DNA of 64,000 nt from a candidate division FCPU426 bacterium (GTDB taxonomy: Bacteria; Oederibacteriota; Muellerivitia; Muellerivitales; Muellerivitaceae). The DNA lies in NCBI GenBank assembly GCA_963847625.1, contig CAWKAR010000045.1, forward strand, positions 64,001-128,000, read 5' to 3'. The notes beneath the pieces are model-generated. The model ran no database searches, had not been told where the DNA came from, and worked only from the letters and a program-made list of their open reading frames with translations. Shown here piece after piece: positions 46,723 to 57,034 of the stretch (the first letter of the stretch is position 1; every line of letters begins with the position of its first letter). The translations under genes were made by a program, and so were the position numbers.

Positions 46723-47904
46723 ATGGACAAGGCTCAAGACCATATCAATTTGGGAACCGCTTTTACCCTCTCCAAACGCTACGAAGACGCGATTGTGGAG
46801 TTTAAAAAGGCTCTTGCCTTAAGTCCTTCAGACGGTGAAATCCTTTTTCAACTCGGTGGACTTTGTACTAATGTCGGGAATTACGAAGAAGCGGAAGGGT
46901 TTTACCGCAACGCACTTGGGATTAATCCCATGAACTTGAACGCACATTGCAAGTTGGGGTTATTGTTGGAAGTCCAAGGCAAGTATCAGGAGTCTATTCT
47001 TGAATTCCAAAAGGCTACTGAACTGAATCCCACGGATGCAGGCCTTTATAATAACTTGGGAAATGTTTATTCCAAAATGGGAAAATACCAGGACTCTATT
47101 GAACAGTTTAAGAAATATATCAGTATCAATCCGAGCAATGCGGAAATATTTTTCAAAATGGGTTTTTCCTTTGAACAATTGGCAAGACTTGATGAAACCA
47201 TTAATTCCTATGAGAAGGCTCTGGTTCTCAACCCCCGCCACGCGGCTGTTTATTCCATCCTCGGAAATGCCTACGCAAAAAAAGGGGATTATCAGGAAGC
47301 CATTTCCCTTTATCAACAGGCCCTTCGCCTAAACCCTCATGAGCCGGAAGTCCATTTAAAACTAGGTATAGCCTTTATGTCCCTCGGTCAATACGATAAG
47401 GCCCTTGAGGTTTTGGAGGAAGCTCGTCAAAAGAATCCTAAAAATGCTGAAGTCTATTTGAAATTCGGAATGATTTACGCCGGTCGAGGTCAACATGAGG
47501 AAGCTATCCAAATGTATCGCAAAGTCATGGAAATTAACCCGCATGATGCAAGTGTTCATAACGTATTGGGGTATATTTACGACCGTCAAGGAGAAGCAGA
47601 GAAGGCCATGGAAGAATACCGCGCGGCCAAACTCATTAACCCAAACGATATTTCGATTTTGGACAATCTAGGCAACTTAAATTACAAGCAAGGATATTTT
47701 GACGAGGCTGCCCAGGATTTCGAGAACCTCGTGCGTCTCAATCCTTCTCACAGCGATGCTCACGCCAAATTGGGAAATGTCTATTTAAAAAAAGGCGAAA
47801 AAGATAAAGCCATTACACATTGGGAAAGGGCCCTGGAATTGGATCCTTCCAACGAAATCTTGAAGAATAATCTGAGGATTGTGAAGGGGAGCCCCGCTTC
47901 ATGA
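46723..47904 (+). CDS. TPR-repeat protein
   Basis: About 11 consecutive 34-aa TPRs (A...NLG..Y...G.Y.EA...KAL.LNP). Confidence 0.92.
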   Translation: MDKAQDHINLGTAFTLSKRYEDAIVEFKKALALSPSDGEILFQLGGLCTNVGNYEEAEGFYRNALGINPMNLNAHCKLGLLLEVQGKYQESILEFQKATELNPTDAGLYNNLGNVYSKMGKYQDSIEQFKKYISINPSNAEIFFKMGFSFEQLARLDETINSYEKALVLNPRHAAVYSILGNAYAKKGDYQEAISLYQQALRLNPHEPEVHLKLGIAFMSLGQYDKALEVLEEARQKNPKNAEVYLKFGMIYAGRGQHEEAIQMYRKVMEINPHDASVHNVLGYIYDRQGEAEKAMEEYRAAKLINPNDISILDNLGNLNYKQGYFDEAAQDFENLVRLNPSHSDAHAKLGNVYLKKGEKDKAITHWERALELDPSNEILKNNLRIVKGSPAS

Positions 47905-48539
47905 TGAAAACTCAAGAGAAATCACTTGGCGAATTACTGCGCCAAGCTGGGAAAATCACTTCCCGGCAAATTCAAGTAGCACTGGCTGAACAACGAAAAA
48001 CACATGAACCCATCGGAAAAATCCTAGTGGCGCTAGGATTTGTCGAAGATAGGGATATTTTGCAGGTTATGGAAGGCATGGTGGTATTAACATTCCGGAT
48101 TGAAAAAGAGCTTTATGGCATAGAAACTTTTCGGACGAGAGAGGTATTGAAATTTACACCTTTAAAATCCATTACCCAATCCACGCGAAATTGGGAAGGA
48201 ATTTTTTTGCTTCGCGGTGAGGAAATTCCCGTGTTGTCCTTCCGGAAATACCTTGGCCTTCCGGCAGTTTCCTGCCCCAATCAGAGTTGGTTTGTCGTTC
48301 TTGAAAAAAAAGGAAAGTCTTTCGCCCTTTGGGTTGATCAAGTAAAAGAGGTCACCCGCTTCAAGATTGAACAAATAGAACCTGTCCCACCATATCTTTT
48401 TGGAAAAAAATCCGATTTATATTATTGTTTAGGTAAAATAAAAGATGAGCTTTATTCGATTATCAATCCCGATAAAATAATGGAGGATAGCATCCAAATG
48501 CAACAATCCTCTGAGGATGACCATGTCAGCCCGACCTGA
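47901..48539 (+). CDS. cheW: CheW with N-terminal MshEN-like domain
   Basis: KSLGELLRQAGKITSRQIQVALAEQ...PIGKILVALGFV, then a CheW fold (LYGIE...EVL...GIFLLRGEEIPVL...ALWVDQVKEV). Confidence 0.85.
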   Translation: MMKTQEKSLGELLRQAGKITSRQIQVALAEQRKTHEPIGKILVALGFVEDRDILQVMEGMVVLTFRIEKELYGIETFRTREVLKFTPLKSITQSTRNWEGIFLLRGEEIPVLSFRKYLGLPAVSCPNQSWFVVLEKKGKSFALWVDQVKEVTRFKIEQIEPVPPYLFGKKSDLYYCLGKIKDELYSIINPDKIMEDSIQMQQSSEDDHVSPT

Positions 48540-50733
48540 AACCAAAACCATTCGCGAATTAGCCCATGGAAGTGACCAAGGGGATGCATCTACCCATAAC
48601 AATCTTGGTGTTTTTTATTATTCAAAGGGTATGTATGCAGAAGCCATTAAAGAGTTCAAGACTGCGCTGGAAGTTGACCCGGAAAACATCCAGTCCTTGG
48701 AAAACCTCAAGGCTGTCAACCGCCACACCGGCCTCTACGACCGATCCATTGAAGCCTACAAAAAATCCGTCCAAATGTTCCCCTCGGATCCCGAGGCCTG
48801 TTATAACCTCGCCAATTCCTACCGATATACAGGGCAATATGAAAAGGCTGTGGCCGAATATCAAAAAACCATCGTCTTAAATCCCGAACACCCCTTTGCA
48901 CGAAACTACCTTGGTATAACCTATAAGTGCATGGGGCAATTAGAGGATGCCATAAAGGAATTTAAGAAGGCCATCGAGGATAATCCCTATTTTGCTGACC
49001 TTCACAACAATTTGGGCGAAGTCTATTACAAAAAAGCCATGCTCAATGAAGCCCTCGTTGAGTTCAAAAAAGCTATTTCACTCAATCCCGATTATGCCAT
49101 TGCCCATTACAACCTGAGTTTCGTTTACGGCGACAAGAATATGATGGACGAAGCCGAAAGAGAGTTTAAAAAAGCTGTCGATTTGAATCCGAATTACGGG
49201 CAGGGGGCTCAGACACTTTTATCGATAGAACGATCAAAAAGCATGGAGGAAAAAGTCGCCGAAAAGATAGCTTCCCAGCCTCCTACCTCTGCTGTGGAAA
49301 CATACTTGAGCCTTGCCTCCGCTTATCGGGGGAAAGGACTTCTCGATGAGGCGATCCGGGAGTACAAAAGAGCCCTTGAAGTTATACCTAATGAAGAAAA
49401 ATCATATCGATCTTTGGGAGAAATCTATCTCCAGAAGGGAATGATGGAAGATGCTTTGATGTCCTTCCAAAAGGCCATCGATATTTCCCCTGGCAATATC
49501 GAAAATTACATTCAACGCGGCATCGCTCTTCGAGAGTTGAATCGGGTTGATGCGTCGGTCGATGAATTCCTAAAAGCCATTGATCTTTCACCTGATTCCA
49601 GCATGGCTCATTTTGAACTCGGAGTGACATACTTTAAAATGGGTGAAAGTGATAAAGCCACGCGAGAAGTCCGGCGCGCCTTGGAAATTGATCCGGAGAA
49701 CGCCGAAGCACATTATTACCTTGGCGTTTATTACTACAAAGTCAATCTTTATGACGAAGCCATCCGTGAAATCACTCAAGCAGTTGAACTGGATGTTTCC
49801 ATCGCCTCAAGTGCGGAAGCTCTGATATATTTAGGTTTGGCTCTTGCCGATAAGGGCCGATTTGAAGAAGCAATCGCCGAGTACAAGAAGGCGATGGAAT
49901 TGGATTCAAAAAATCCCATCATACATAACAGTTTGGGAGTGGCTTATAAAAACGCTGGTATGATCGAAGAAGCTATCCAACATTATCAGAAAGCTATCTC
50001 TCTAAATCCCCAATATGCTAAGGCTTATAACAATCTAGGTGTAGTTTATTTCAAGATGAGCCAGTATGAAAAAGCAATCGAAACGTTCAAAAAAGCTGTT
50101 GAAATCGAGCCGGAATACAAAACCGCACAAAACAATCTTTCGGTGGCTATGAAAAAAAGAAGTGTTCTTTCCGAAGCGTCAGAAGTCTTGATTAAGCAGA
50201 TCATGGCTGATCCGGAAAATTACTCCTTGCACCAAAACCTTGGGATACTTTATAAAAACACAGGACAGTTTTCCGAAGCCGTTCGCGAGTTCCAAGAGAC
50301 CATTCACTTAAGTCCGAAAAACCGGGAAGCCCTTACACAACTAGGCGAAACCCACCTCCAACTCGGGCAGTTGGACGAGGCGGTCAAAATTCTCGCCAGA
50401 GCGATTTCCTGCGATCCGGCGCATCCGGACGCACATTTGCAATTGGGAAAGGTTTATATCCAACGACAGTGGTGGGACGAGGCACTTGTGGAATTGAAGA
50501 AAAGCCTTGAAGGTAATACGGGTATGGCGGAAGTCTATTACTATCTCGGCCAAGTCTACCGCTTTAAGGGCTGGTGGGATGACGCCATTCAAAAATTCCA
50601 GATGTACCTAGATTCATCCAATACTGAAGAAGACAAGGTCATCCAATCCATTGATATAATCCAACAAATCCAAGTTTGGAGAAAAGAACTACAAGTTTCT
50701 CCAAGCGGGGATAAGTCAAAATATATAAAATAG
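48523..50733 (+). CDS. Large TPR-repeat protein
   Basis: About 19 TPRs across the length; no signal peptide. Confidence 0.92.
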   Translation: MSARPETKTIRELAHGSDQGDASTHNNLGVFYYSKGMYAEAIKEFKTALEVDPENIQSLENLKAVNRHTGLYDRSIEAYKKSVQMFPSDPEACYNLANSYRYTGQYEKAVAEYQKTIVLNPEHPFARNYLGITYKCMGQLEDAIKEFKKAIEDNPYFADLHNNLGEVYYKKAMLNEALVEFKKAISLNPDYAIAHYNLSFVYGDKNMMDEAEREFKKAVDLNPNYGQGAQTLLSIERSKSMEEKVAEKIASQPPTSAVETYLSLASAYRGKGLLDEAIREYKRALEVIPNEEKSYRSLGEIYLQKGMMEDALMSFQKAIDISPGNIENYIQRGIALRELNRVDASVDEFLKAIDLSPDSSMAHFELGVTYFKMGESDKATREVRRALEIDPENAEAHYYLGVYYYKVNLYDEAIREITQAVELDVSIASSAEALIYLGLALADKGRFEEAIAEYKKAMELDSKNPIIHNSLGVAYKNAGMIEEAIQHYQKAISLNPQYAKAYNNLGVVYFKMSQYEKAIETFKKAVEIEPEYKTAQNNLSVAMKKRSVLSEASEVLIKQIMADPENYSLHQNLGILYKNTGQFSEAVREFQETIHLSPKNREALTQLGETHLQLGQLDEAVKILARAISCDPAHPDAHLQLGKVYIQRQWWDEALVELKKSLEGNTGMAEVYYYLGQVYRFKGWWDDAIQKFQMYLDSSNTEEDKVIQSIDIIQQIQVWRKELQVSPSGDKSKYIK

Positions 50734-50739
50734 GTAAAA

Positions 50740-51078
50740 ATGAAACTACTTCTTTGTGTCATTTCGCCGAAAAAAATCGAACAGGTAAAAAAGGCCCTAT
50801 GGGAAGCGGGCGTGAGAGGTGTTACTCTATCAGAAGGATCGGGTTACGGTTATCAAAAGGTCCAAGTAGATTCGGTTCGCGGAACTGATTACAAGGTACA
50901 ATATCAAGACCGCATCCGTTTGGAAATTGTTTTACCGGATGACGAAGTGGAAGCGGTCATTGACTTGCTGTTGGATAACATCCGGACTGGAAGAATCGGG
51001 GACGGGAAGTTATTTGTTCTTCCGGTTGAGGAGGTTATCCGCGTTCGGACTGGCGAGAGGGGAGAAAGTGGATTATAA
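50740..51078 (+). CDS. P-II family signal transduction protein (GlnB/GlnK-like)
   Basis: 112 aa; GYGYQK, RGTDY T-loop, RTGRIGDGKLFV, IRVRTGERG. Confidence 0.93.
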   Translation: MKLLLCVISPKKIEQVKKALWEAGVRGVTLSEGSGYGYQKVQVDSVRGTDYKVQYQDRIRLEIVLPDDEVEAVIDLLLDNIRTGRIGDGKLFVLPVEEVIRVRTGERGESGL

Positions 51079-51167
51079 AACCGTATTCCTTTGTTGAAAT
51101 ACGGAATTATTAAAGGTTTTGTCTTTCGTGTAATTCGGAATGGAAATTTCCGTTGAAGGAGGGTGTG

Positions 51168-51530
51168 GTGGCCCATCGTGTTTTAATCGTCGACGACGCT
51201 TCGTTTATGCGGATGATGTTAAAAAACATTTTAGTGGGTGCAGGCTATGAGGTGGCAGGAGAAGCTGAAAACGGATCAAAGGCAATTGAACAGTTCATGG
51301 CCCTAAAACCTGATCTGACCATTATGGATATCATTATGCCTGAAATGGGTGGTATTGATGCCGTGCGAGAAATTATCAAAAACGTGCCAAACGCGAAAAT
51401 TCTGATTTGCAGTTCTATGGGCCAGCAGTCACTGGTCGTAGAAGCCATACAAGCCGGCGCGAAAGATTATATCGTAAAACCGTTCCAACCATCCAATGTG
51501 CTGGAAGCGGTAAAAAAGGCCTTGGCGTGA
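51168..51530 (+). CDS. cheY: CheY response regulator
   Basis: VDDASFMRMML, MDIIMPEMGG, SSMGQQ, VKPF; AGGAGG RBS before GTG. Confidence 0.93.
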   Translation: MAHRVLIVDDASFMRMMLKNILVGAGYEVAGEAENGSKAIEQFMALKPDLTIMDIIMPEMGGIDAVREIIKNVPNAKILICSSMGQQSLVVEAIQAGAKDYIVKPFQPSNVLEAVKKALA

Positions 51531-51578
51531 TGACTGGTCTTTTGATCCTTTCCGGATGGAGATTTTTGGTATGAAGGG

Positions 51579-52226
51579 ATGAATCCTATGGGTAAGGAAT
51601 CGGAATCTTTTTCGGAACTTCAATTGGACGCTCTTCGCGAAATAGGTAATGTGGGGGCCGGTAATGCTGCAACCGCTCTTTCTCAAATGGTGGGGCGACC
51701 CATTGAAATGTCCGTTACTCGTGTGAAGGTTCTTCCCACAGAAGAGATCGCGAAATTCCTGGGCGGAATGGAAAAAAATGTTGCCGCCGTCCATATGCCC
51801 GTTTATGGAGATATTTCCGGCGTTGTCCTTATATTCTTTCCTATTGAAGTATTACCTGGTTTGGCAGTTTCCTTACTTCAAAGGGAAATAACAACGACAA
51901 CCGACCTCATGGAATTGGACCGATCCGCTATCAAAGAATTAGGAAGCATTTTAACTGGTTCTTATTTGAGTGCTTTGTTCCGCTTTGTCCAAGTTCAAAT
52001 GATTCATGGGGTTCCTACCCTTGTTATCGACATGGCCCAAGCAATACTAGATACAGTACTGGTCGACCTGGAGCAAAAAGAGGAAATCGCTATTGTGATT
52101 GAAACAGAGTTTTTGGAGAAAGATCGAAAAATTACCGGTAGTTTCTTTCTATTACCTGAAACCGGCACTTTGAAAAGATTTTTTACCTCATTTTCAAAGT
52201 CAATTGGGTCACTCGGTGATGTATGA
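51579..52226 (+). CDS. cheC: CheC phosphatase
   Basis: DALREIGNVGAGNAATALSQM; second site SAIKELGSIL. Confidence 0.92.
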   Translation: MNPMGKESESFSELQLDALREIGNVGAGNAATALSQMVGRPIEMSVTRVKVLPTEEIAKFLGGMEKNVAAVHMPVYGDISGVVLIFFPIEVLPGLAVSLLQREITTTTDLMELDRSAIKELGSILTGSYLSALFRFVQVQMIHGVPTLVIDMAQAILDTVLVDLEQKEEIAIVIETEFLEKDRKITGSFFLLPETGTLKRFFTSFSKSIGSLGDV

Positions 52227-52704
52227 AACGGATAGGGTGGTTGGAATTGCCGAATATTTAACCGCTCAGAATCCTGACCGACTAGTGGCATATGGTTTAG
52301 GTTCTTGTGTAGGAATAGCATTATATGACCCTAGGCTTAAATTGGGCGGTTTGGCACACGCCATGCTGCCATTGAGTCAGTTTCACCCACAATCCAAGTC
52401 ACGTGGGAAATTTGTCGACACCGCTTTAGAAGAGCTTTTAGGAATAATGAAAAAGGTGGGGGGGCGCCAAAAACGTTTGCAAGCTAAGCTGGTTGGAGGT
52501 GCGAATATGTTTACCTCGATTGTTAGGAATCCCCTTCCTATTGGGCTCCGAAATATCATGGCCGCCAGAGAAATATTAAAAAATTACCAAATTCCCATCG
52601 TTAGCGAGGAGGTGGGAGGGATGCAGGGACGAACGATGTTCTTTTCTCTATCCGATGGAAGAATTCAGATAAGGAAATTAAACCAGGTGGATCAATGGAT
52701 TTGA
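52219..52704 (+). CDS. cheD: CheD receptor deamidase
   Basis: GLGSCVGIALYD, GGLAHAMLP, AKLVGGANMF, IGLRN, VGGMQGR. Confidence 0.95.
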   Translation: MYETDRVVGIAEYLTAQNPDRLVAYGLGSCVGIALYDPRLKLGGLAHAMLPLSQFHPQSKSRGKFVDTALEELLGIMKKVGGRQKRLQAKLVGGANMFTSIVRNPLPIGLRNIMAAREILKNYQIPIVSEEVGGMQGRTMFFSLSDGRIQIRKLNQVDQWI

Positions 52705-52859
52705 CAAAAGTGTTTTGTAATTTAAAAGTTTAAGCTTTAAAAACAATAATATTGATTAAAAAATCAAAAAGAACTTGAATAGAAAATATTTTGATTGATC
52801 GCTTCTTTTTTTTCTGACTTAGATCTGTTTTATATCAACGCAAAGGAGTGAATTGACGG

Positions 52860-53375
52860 ATGGCCACAGAGGTGTCAGAAGTTGTCAATACATCTTCACA
52901 GGAAAGCACTCAAACTCAGCTGGTAGTTTTCGCGCTTTCGAGTTGTTTATTCGGCGCGGGGATTCGACAGGTCCGAGAGATTATCCGTTTGACCGAAATG
53001 ACACTGGTCCCCAAGACACCCGCATTCGTAGAAGGAATCATCCATTTACGGGGAAAGATCATTCCTATCATGGACTTGAAAAAGCGTTTTGGAATGCCAC
53101 TTATAGAATATACCCCTGAAAGCCGAATTCTTATCATGGATTGGCAGGAACAGACGATGGGTCTTTTGGTAGACAAGGTTTTAGAGATTGGGCGCATTGC
53201 TCCCGATACTCTTGTTCCGGTTACTGAACCTATTTTGGATATTAACGAGACTTTTTTTGAGGGGAGGTTGAAGTGGAGGGAGCAAATGGTTTTACTGTTA
53301 AACTTGGAAAAGGTATTTTGGTTTGAAGGCTGGAAAATATTACCGGAATACGAGATGAATTCCCAGGAGGAGTAA
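52860..53375 (+). CDS. cheW: CheW coupling protein
   Basis: QLVVF, QVREIIR, VPKTPAFVEGIIHLRGKIIPIMDL, GLLVDKV. Confidence 0.95.
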   Translation: MATEVSEVVNTSSQESTQTQLVVFALSSCLFGAGIRQVREIIRLTEMTLVPKTPAFVEGIIHLRGKIIPIMDLKKRFGMPLIEYTPESRILIMDWQEQTMGLLVDKVLEIGRIAPDTLVPVTEPILDINETFFEGRLKWREQMVLLLNLEKVFWFEGWKILPEYEMNSQEE

Positions 53376-53378
53376 CCC

Positions 53379-53741
53379 TTGGCTTATCGAGTTTTATTCG
53401 TCGACGATTCGTCTTTTATGCGCACCATCCTGAAGGGAATTATTTTGAAAGAACCTTTTGTTTTAGCGGGGGAAGCCTCCAATGGCAAGGAAGCATTAGA
53501 AATTTTCAAAAAGGAAAATCCCGATTTGGTAACCATGGACATTGTCATGCCCGAAATGGATGGTATTGAAGCCGTGCGTCAGATCCGAGCCCTTAAACCT
53601 GATGCAAAAATCATCATGGTTAGCGCAATGGGACAACAAAGCATGGTGATTGACGCCATTCAGGCAGGCGCTCGTGATTTTATTATTAAACCCTTTCAAC
53701 CACCCCGTGTCCAAGAAGCTTTGAAGAGAGTGATGGGCTAA
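53379..53741 (+). CDS. cheY: Second CheY response regulator
   Basis: VDDSSFMR, MDIVMPEMDG, SAMGQQ, IKPF; AGGAGG RBS before TTG. Confidence 0.93.
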   Translation: MAYRVLFVDDSSFMRTILKGIILKEPFVLAGEASNGKEALEIFKKENPDLVTMDIVMPEMDGIEAVRQIRALKPDAKIIMVSAMGQQSMVIDAIQAGARDFIIKPFQPPRVQEALKRVMG

Positions 53742-53779
53742 GGTATAAATAAAGATCGGGATATTTCCCAGGAGATTTC

Positions 53780-54880
53780 ATGCCCGCTGAAAAAAATCCC
53801 ACCGTACGGGTTCTGGTGGTGGACGATTCTTTTTTCATCCGGAAAATTCTATCAGAAATTCTCAATGCACCCGGAAACAATATAATCGTTTTAGATACAG
53901 CCCAAGACGGTTTAGAAGCCGTAAAAAAAGCAAAAGATTTAAAGCCGGATGTGATTACTCTTGATATTGAAATGCCCCGCCTGAATGGTATCGCTGCTCT
54001 TGAAAAAATCATGATGGAAAATCCAACTCCCGTGGTCATGCTTTCAAGCCATACGGGGAAGGGCACCGAAGCCACTCTTCGTGCTCTTGAAATCGGCGCT
54101 GTGGATTGCGTCTTAAAACCATCGGCCAAACCTCTTGTGGATTTGCGAAGTATCCAGCAGGAATTAGTGGAAAAAATTAAAATGGCCGCACTTTGCCGCC
54201 CACGTTTTGGTCATTTGAATCTGGGCGGGATGTTGTCCACCGCTTTAGAAACTGCGCCTACAACGGTTTCACAGCCATTTGAAGGGTTGGGAATTTCGGA
54301 ACAACCTGCCCAATTCTTAATTACTGTTGCATCTTCAACCGGCGGTCCCAGGGCTTTAAACGAATTTTTTTCGAAAATTGAGACCAATCCTTTAAACGCT
54401 TTCCTAATCGTCCAGCATATTCCGGTGGGTTTCACCAAAGCATTGGCAAAACGCCTCTGCGAAGTTAGCGCCATGATGATCACGGAGGCGATGGATGAAG
54501 AAATTATATTGGGGGGACATGCTTACGTAGCCCGGGCGGGAAGTCATTTAACCGTGACCGGAAAACCTGGAAATTTCAAGCTGGCCTTGAATGACTTACC
54601 TCCCCGTCTCGGAGTAAAACCTTCCGCGGACATCCTTATGAACTCGGTCGCCAAGGCCGCGGGAATTCGTTGTGCGGGTGTGATTTTGACTGGGATGGGC
54701 CGGGATGGGACCGCCGGGTTGAAGGAAATCCGTTTAGTTGGGGGCAAAACCTTCGCGCAAGACGCGGAAAGCTGTGTTATTTACGGTATGCCCAAATCAG
54801 CAGTGGAATCGGGAGTGGTGGATCGCCAGTTGCCTCTGGACCAATTGGCCCGAGAGTTGAATATTCTGTTCAAGGGGTAA
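53780..54880 (+). CDS. cheB: Chemotaxis methylesterase with receiver domain
   Basis: LDIEMP receiver; ASSTGGP, VQHIP, KPSAD, LTGMGRDG. Confidence 0.96.
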   Translation: MPAEKNPTVRVLVVDDSFFIRKILSEILNAPGNNIIVLDTAQDGLEAVKKAKDLKPDVITLDIEMPRLNGIAALEKIMMENPTPVVMLSSHTGKGTEATLRALEIGAVDCVLKPSAKPLVDLRSIQQELVEKIKMAALCRPRFGHLNLGGMLSTALETAPTTVSQPFEGLGISEQPAQFLITVASSTGGPRALNEFFSKIETNPLNAFLIVQHIPVGFTKALAKRLCEVSAMMITEAMDEEIILGGHAYVARAGSHLTVTGKPGNFKLALNDLPPRLGVKPSADILMNSVAKAAGIRCAGVILTGMGRDGTAGLKEIRLVGGKTFAQDAESCVIYGMPKSAVESGVVDRQLPLDQLARELNILFKG

Positions 54881-54949
54881 TAATGGAACCATTAAATTGT
54901 TTTAGGATGAAATGCAACTACTCAGACAATTCTTGACGGGAGTCGGATT

Positions 54950-57034
54950 TTGAACGGAAACGAATACAAGGATGTTTTCCTCAACGAAGCAAGAGAATAC
55001 CTTTCTTCACTGAACAACGCCCTCGTGGTTTTAGAAAAAGATCCCACACAAATTGAACCCATTCGGGAAATATTCCGAGTGGCCCATACAATGAAAAGTA
55101 TGTCCGCTACCATGGGTTATGAACCCATGTCACGTCTTACCCATCAGATGGAATCTGTCATGGAACCAATACGCTCCGGCTCGGGTTTCCTATCATCAAG
55201 GTTAGTGGACAGCCTTTTTTCTTGCCTCGACCAATTGGAAAACTGGATTAAAACGCTAGAAACCCAGGATGAAATCAAGGAAGGAGATTTGGAAAAGAAA
55301 TTAAATATGCTTAAAGAGAATGCCGGGGAGAAAGTCCCGGGGCCCGTTTCAACTCCCGCTGGCGCAGTTTCCCCTGACGAAATATTTCCGTTTCAAATTT
55401 CCGATTCTGAAGAAGAAGTTCTTTCCCAGGCTAGAATGAGCGGATTTTTTGTGTATGAAATTAACGTTGTGCTTGATCCGGAATGTGTATTCAAGGAAGC
55501 CCGGGCTTTTTTAGTGCTCCGAACCGTCAACGAGCTTGGGGAAATTGTAAAATCAAGCATATCTCCGAAAGATTTGGAAAAAGGCCAATTTGATAGGAGA
55601 TTTTGCCTTATCGTGGTATCGGAAAAATCCAAAGAAAGTATTAAGGAAGCTATTTTAGGAATTTCCGAAATTCAACATGTGCGAGTGGAAAATTTCCAAC
55701 AGGGGATAAAAGAAACGGTGGACCCCTTGCCCAATAACGAAGTACAGTTCCCGTCAACCGTTGAACAAAGTGGTTCCGCCCTGACGGAAGAAAAAACATA
55801 TATCCTTTCCACAGTCCGGGTACACACCTCGAAACTCGATAAACTCATGGCTTTAGTGCAGGAATTAATGATTTCAAAAAGCCGATTTGAACAGGTGATT
55901 CGCACGAACGCCATAAAGGAATTGGTTGAACCACTCTCCCGGCTTAATTTCATCACCGATGAGCTCCAGGACGAGATCATGAAAGTCCGTTTAATCCCAG
56001 TAAAACAAATATTCGAACGCTTTCCACGGATGGTTCGTGATTTGGCTAAAACCTTGGACAAGAAAATAAATCTGGAAATAGAAGGCGCCGAGGTGGAACT
56101 AGATCGGACTGTTATTGACGAAATTAGTGAGCCCCTTGTTCACTTGCTTAGAAACGCGGTAGACCATGGCATTGAGCACTCCGATGAACGTGTACGGGAG
56201 AGAAAGGAAGCCTTCGGTACGATTCGTCTCCAGGCAAAACGTGACCGATCCTACGTGATAATTTCCGTTTCTGACGACGGACGGGGAATCGACCCGGAAA
56301 AAATACGCCAAACTTCTGTTGCGAAGGGATTAATATCAGCTGAAGATGCATTGAAATTGACCGACGAGGAGGCCTTGCGCTTGATTGGTCTTCCGGGCTT
56401 TTCCACCGTAGAAAAACCAACGGAAATCTCTGGACGCGGGGTTGGCGTAGAAGTAGTGAAAACCCGGGTCGAAGCGATGGGAGGAAGCTTTCGCATTCTC
56501 AGCCGAAAGGGCCAGGGGACAACGATGATTCTCCGCTTTCCATTAACCTTAGCCATTATTAAAGTCCTGCTTGTTAAATGTGACGAGGAAACATTTGCTA
56601 TTCCCGTCGTAAACGTCGTGGAAACCATTGATTTGATTCCGGCCGAAATCAAAGTGGTACAACAACAGGAAACATTCGTTTTGAGGGACGAAGTCATACC
56701 ACTTTATCAGCTTCATGATTTGTTGGAATTGGAAGGCACCCTTGAAAGAATAAACTTGAATGATTATGAGTCTTTGATTATCGCTGAGGTTGGGGATTCA
56801 AGAATCGGTATTAAGGTTGACCAGATTCTCAGCCAACAGGAAGTGGCTATTAAATCACTCGATAAAGCGCTGAAGGGAATCAGGGGTTTTTCAGGCGCCA
56901 CCATACTGGGTAATGGGGAAATCGCCCTCATATTGGATATTAACGGCTTAGTGGAAGACCTTAAAGATCGGCGGATTCGTGCCGATTCATTTTATCCACG
57001 GAAGGGGATTCACCATGTTACCCAATCTCGATGA
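54950..57034 (+). CDS. cheA: Chemotaxis histidine kinase
   Basis: P1 FRVAHTMK, P2 domain, HLLRNAVDHGIE, DDGRGID, GFST, SGRGVG, P5 domain. Confidence 0.97.
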   Translation: MNGNEYKDVFLNEAREYLSSLNNALVVLEKDPTQIEPIREIFRVAHTMKSMSATMGYEPMSRLTHQMESVMEPIRSGSGFLSSRLVDSLFSCLDQLENWIKTLETQDEIKEGDLEKKLNMLKENAGEKVPGPVSTPAGAVSPDEIFPFQISDSEEEVLSQARMSGFFVYEINVVLDPECVFKEARAFLVLRTVNELGEIVKSSISPKDLEKGQFDRRFCLIVVSEKSKESIKEAILGISEIQHVRVENFQQGIKETVDPLPNNEVQFPSTVEQSGSALTEEKTYILSTVRVHTSKLDKLMALVQELMISKSRFEQVIRTNAIKELVEPLSRLNFITDELQDEIMKVRLIPVKQIFERFPRMVRDLAKTLDKKINLEIEGAEVELDRTVIDEISEPLVHLLRNAVDHGIEHSDERVRERKEAFGTIRLQAKRDRSYVIISVSDDGRGIDPEKIRQTSVAKGLISAEDALKLTDEEALRLIGLPGFSTVEKPTEISGRGVGVEVVKTRVEAMGGSFRILSRKGQGTTMILRFPLTLAIIKVLLVKCDEETFAIPVVNVVETIDLIPAEIKVVQQQETFVLRDEVIPLYQLHDLLELEGTLERINLNDYESLIIAEVGDSRIGIKVDQILSQQEVAIKSLDKALKGIRGFSGATILGNGEIALILDINGLVEDLKDRRIRADSFYPRKGIHHVTQSR

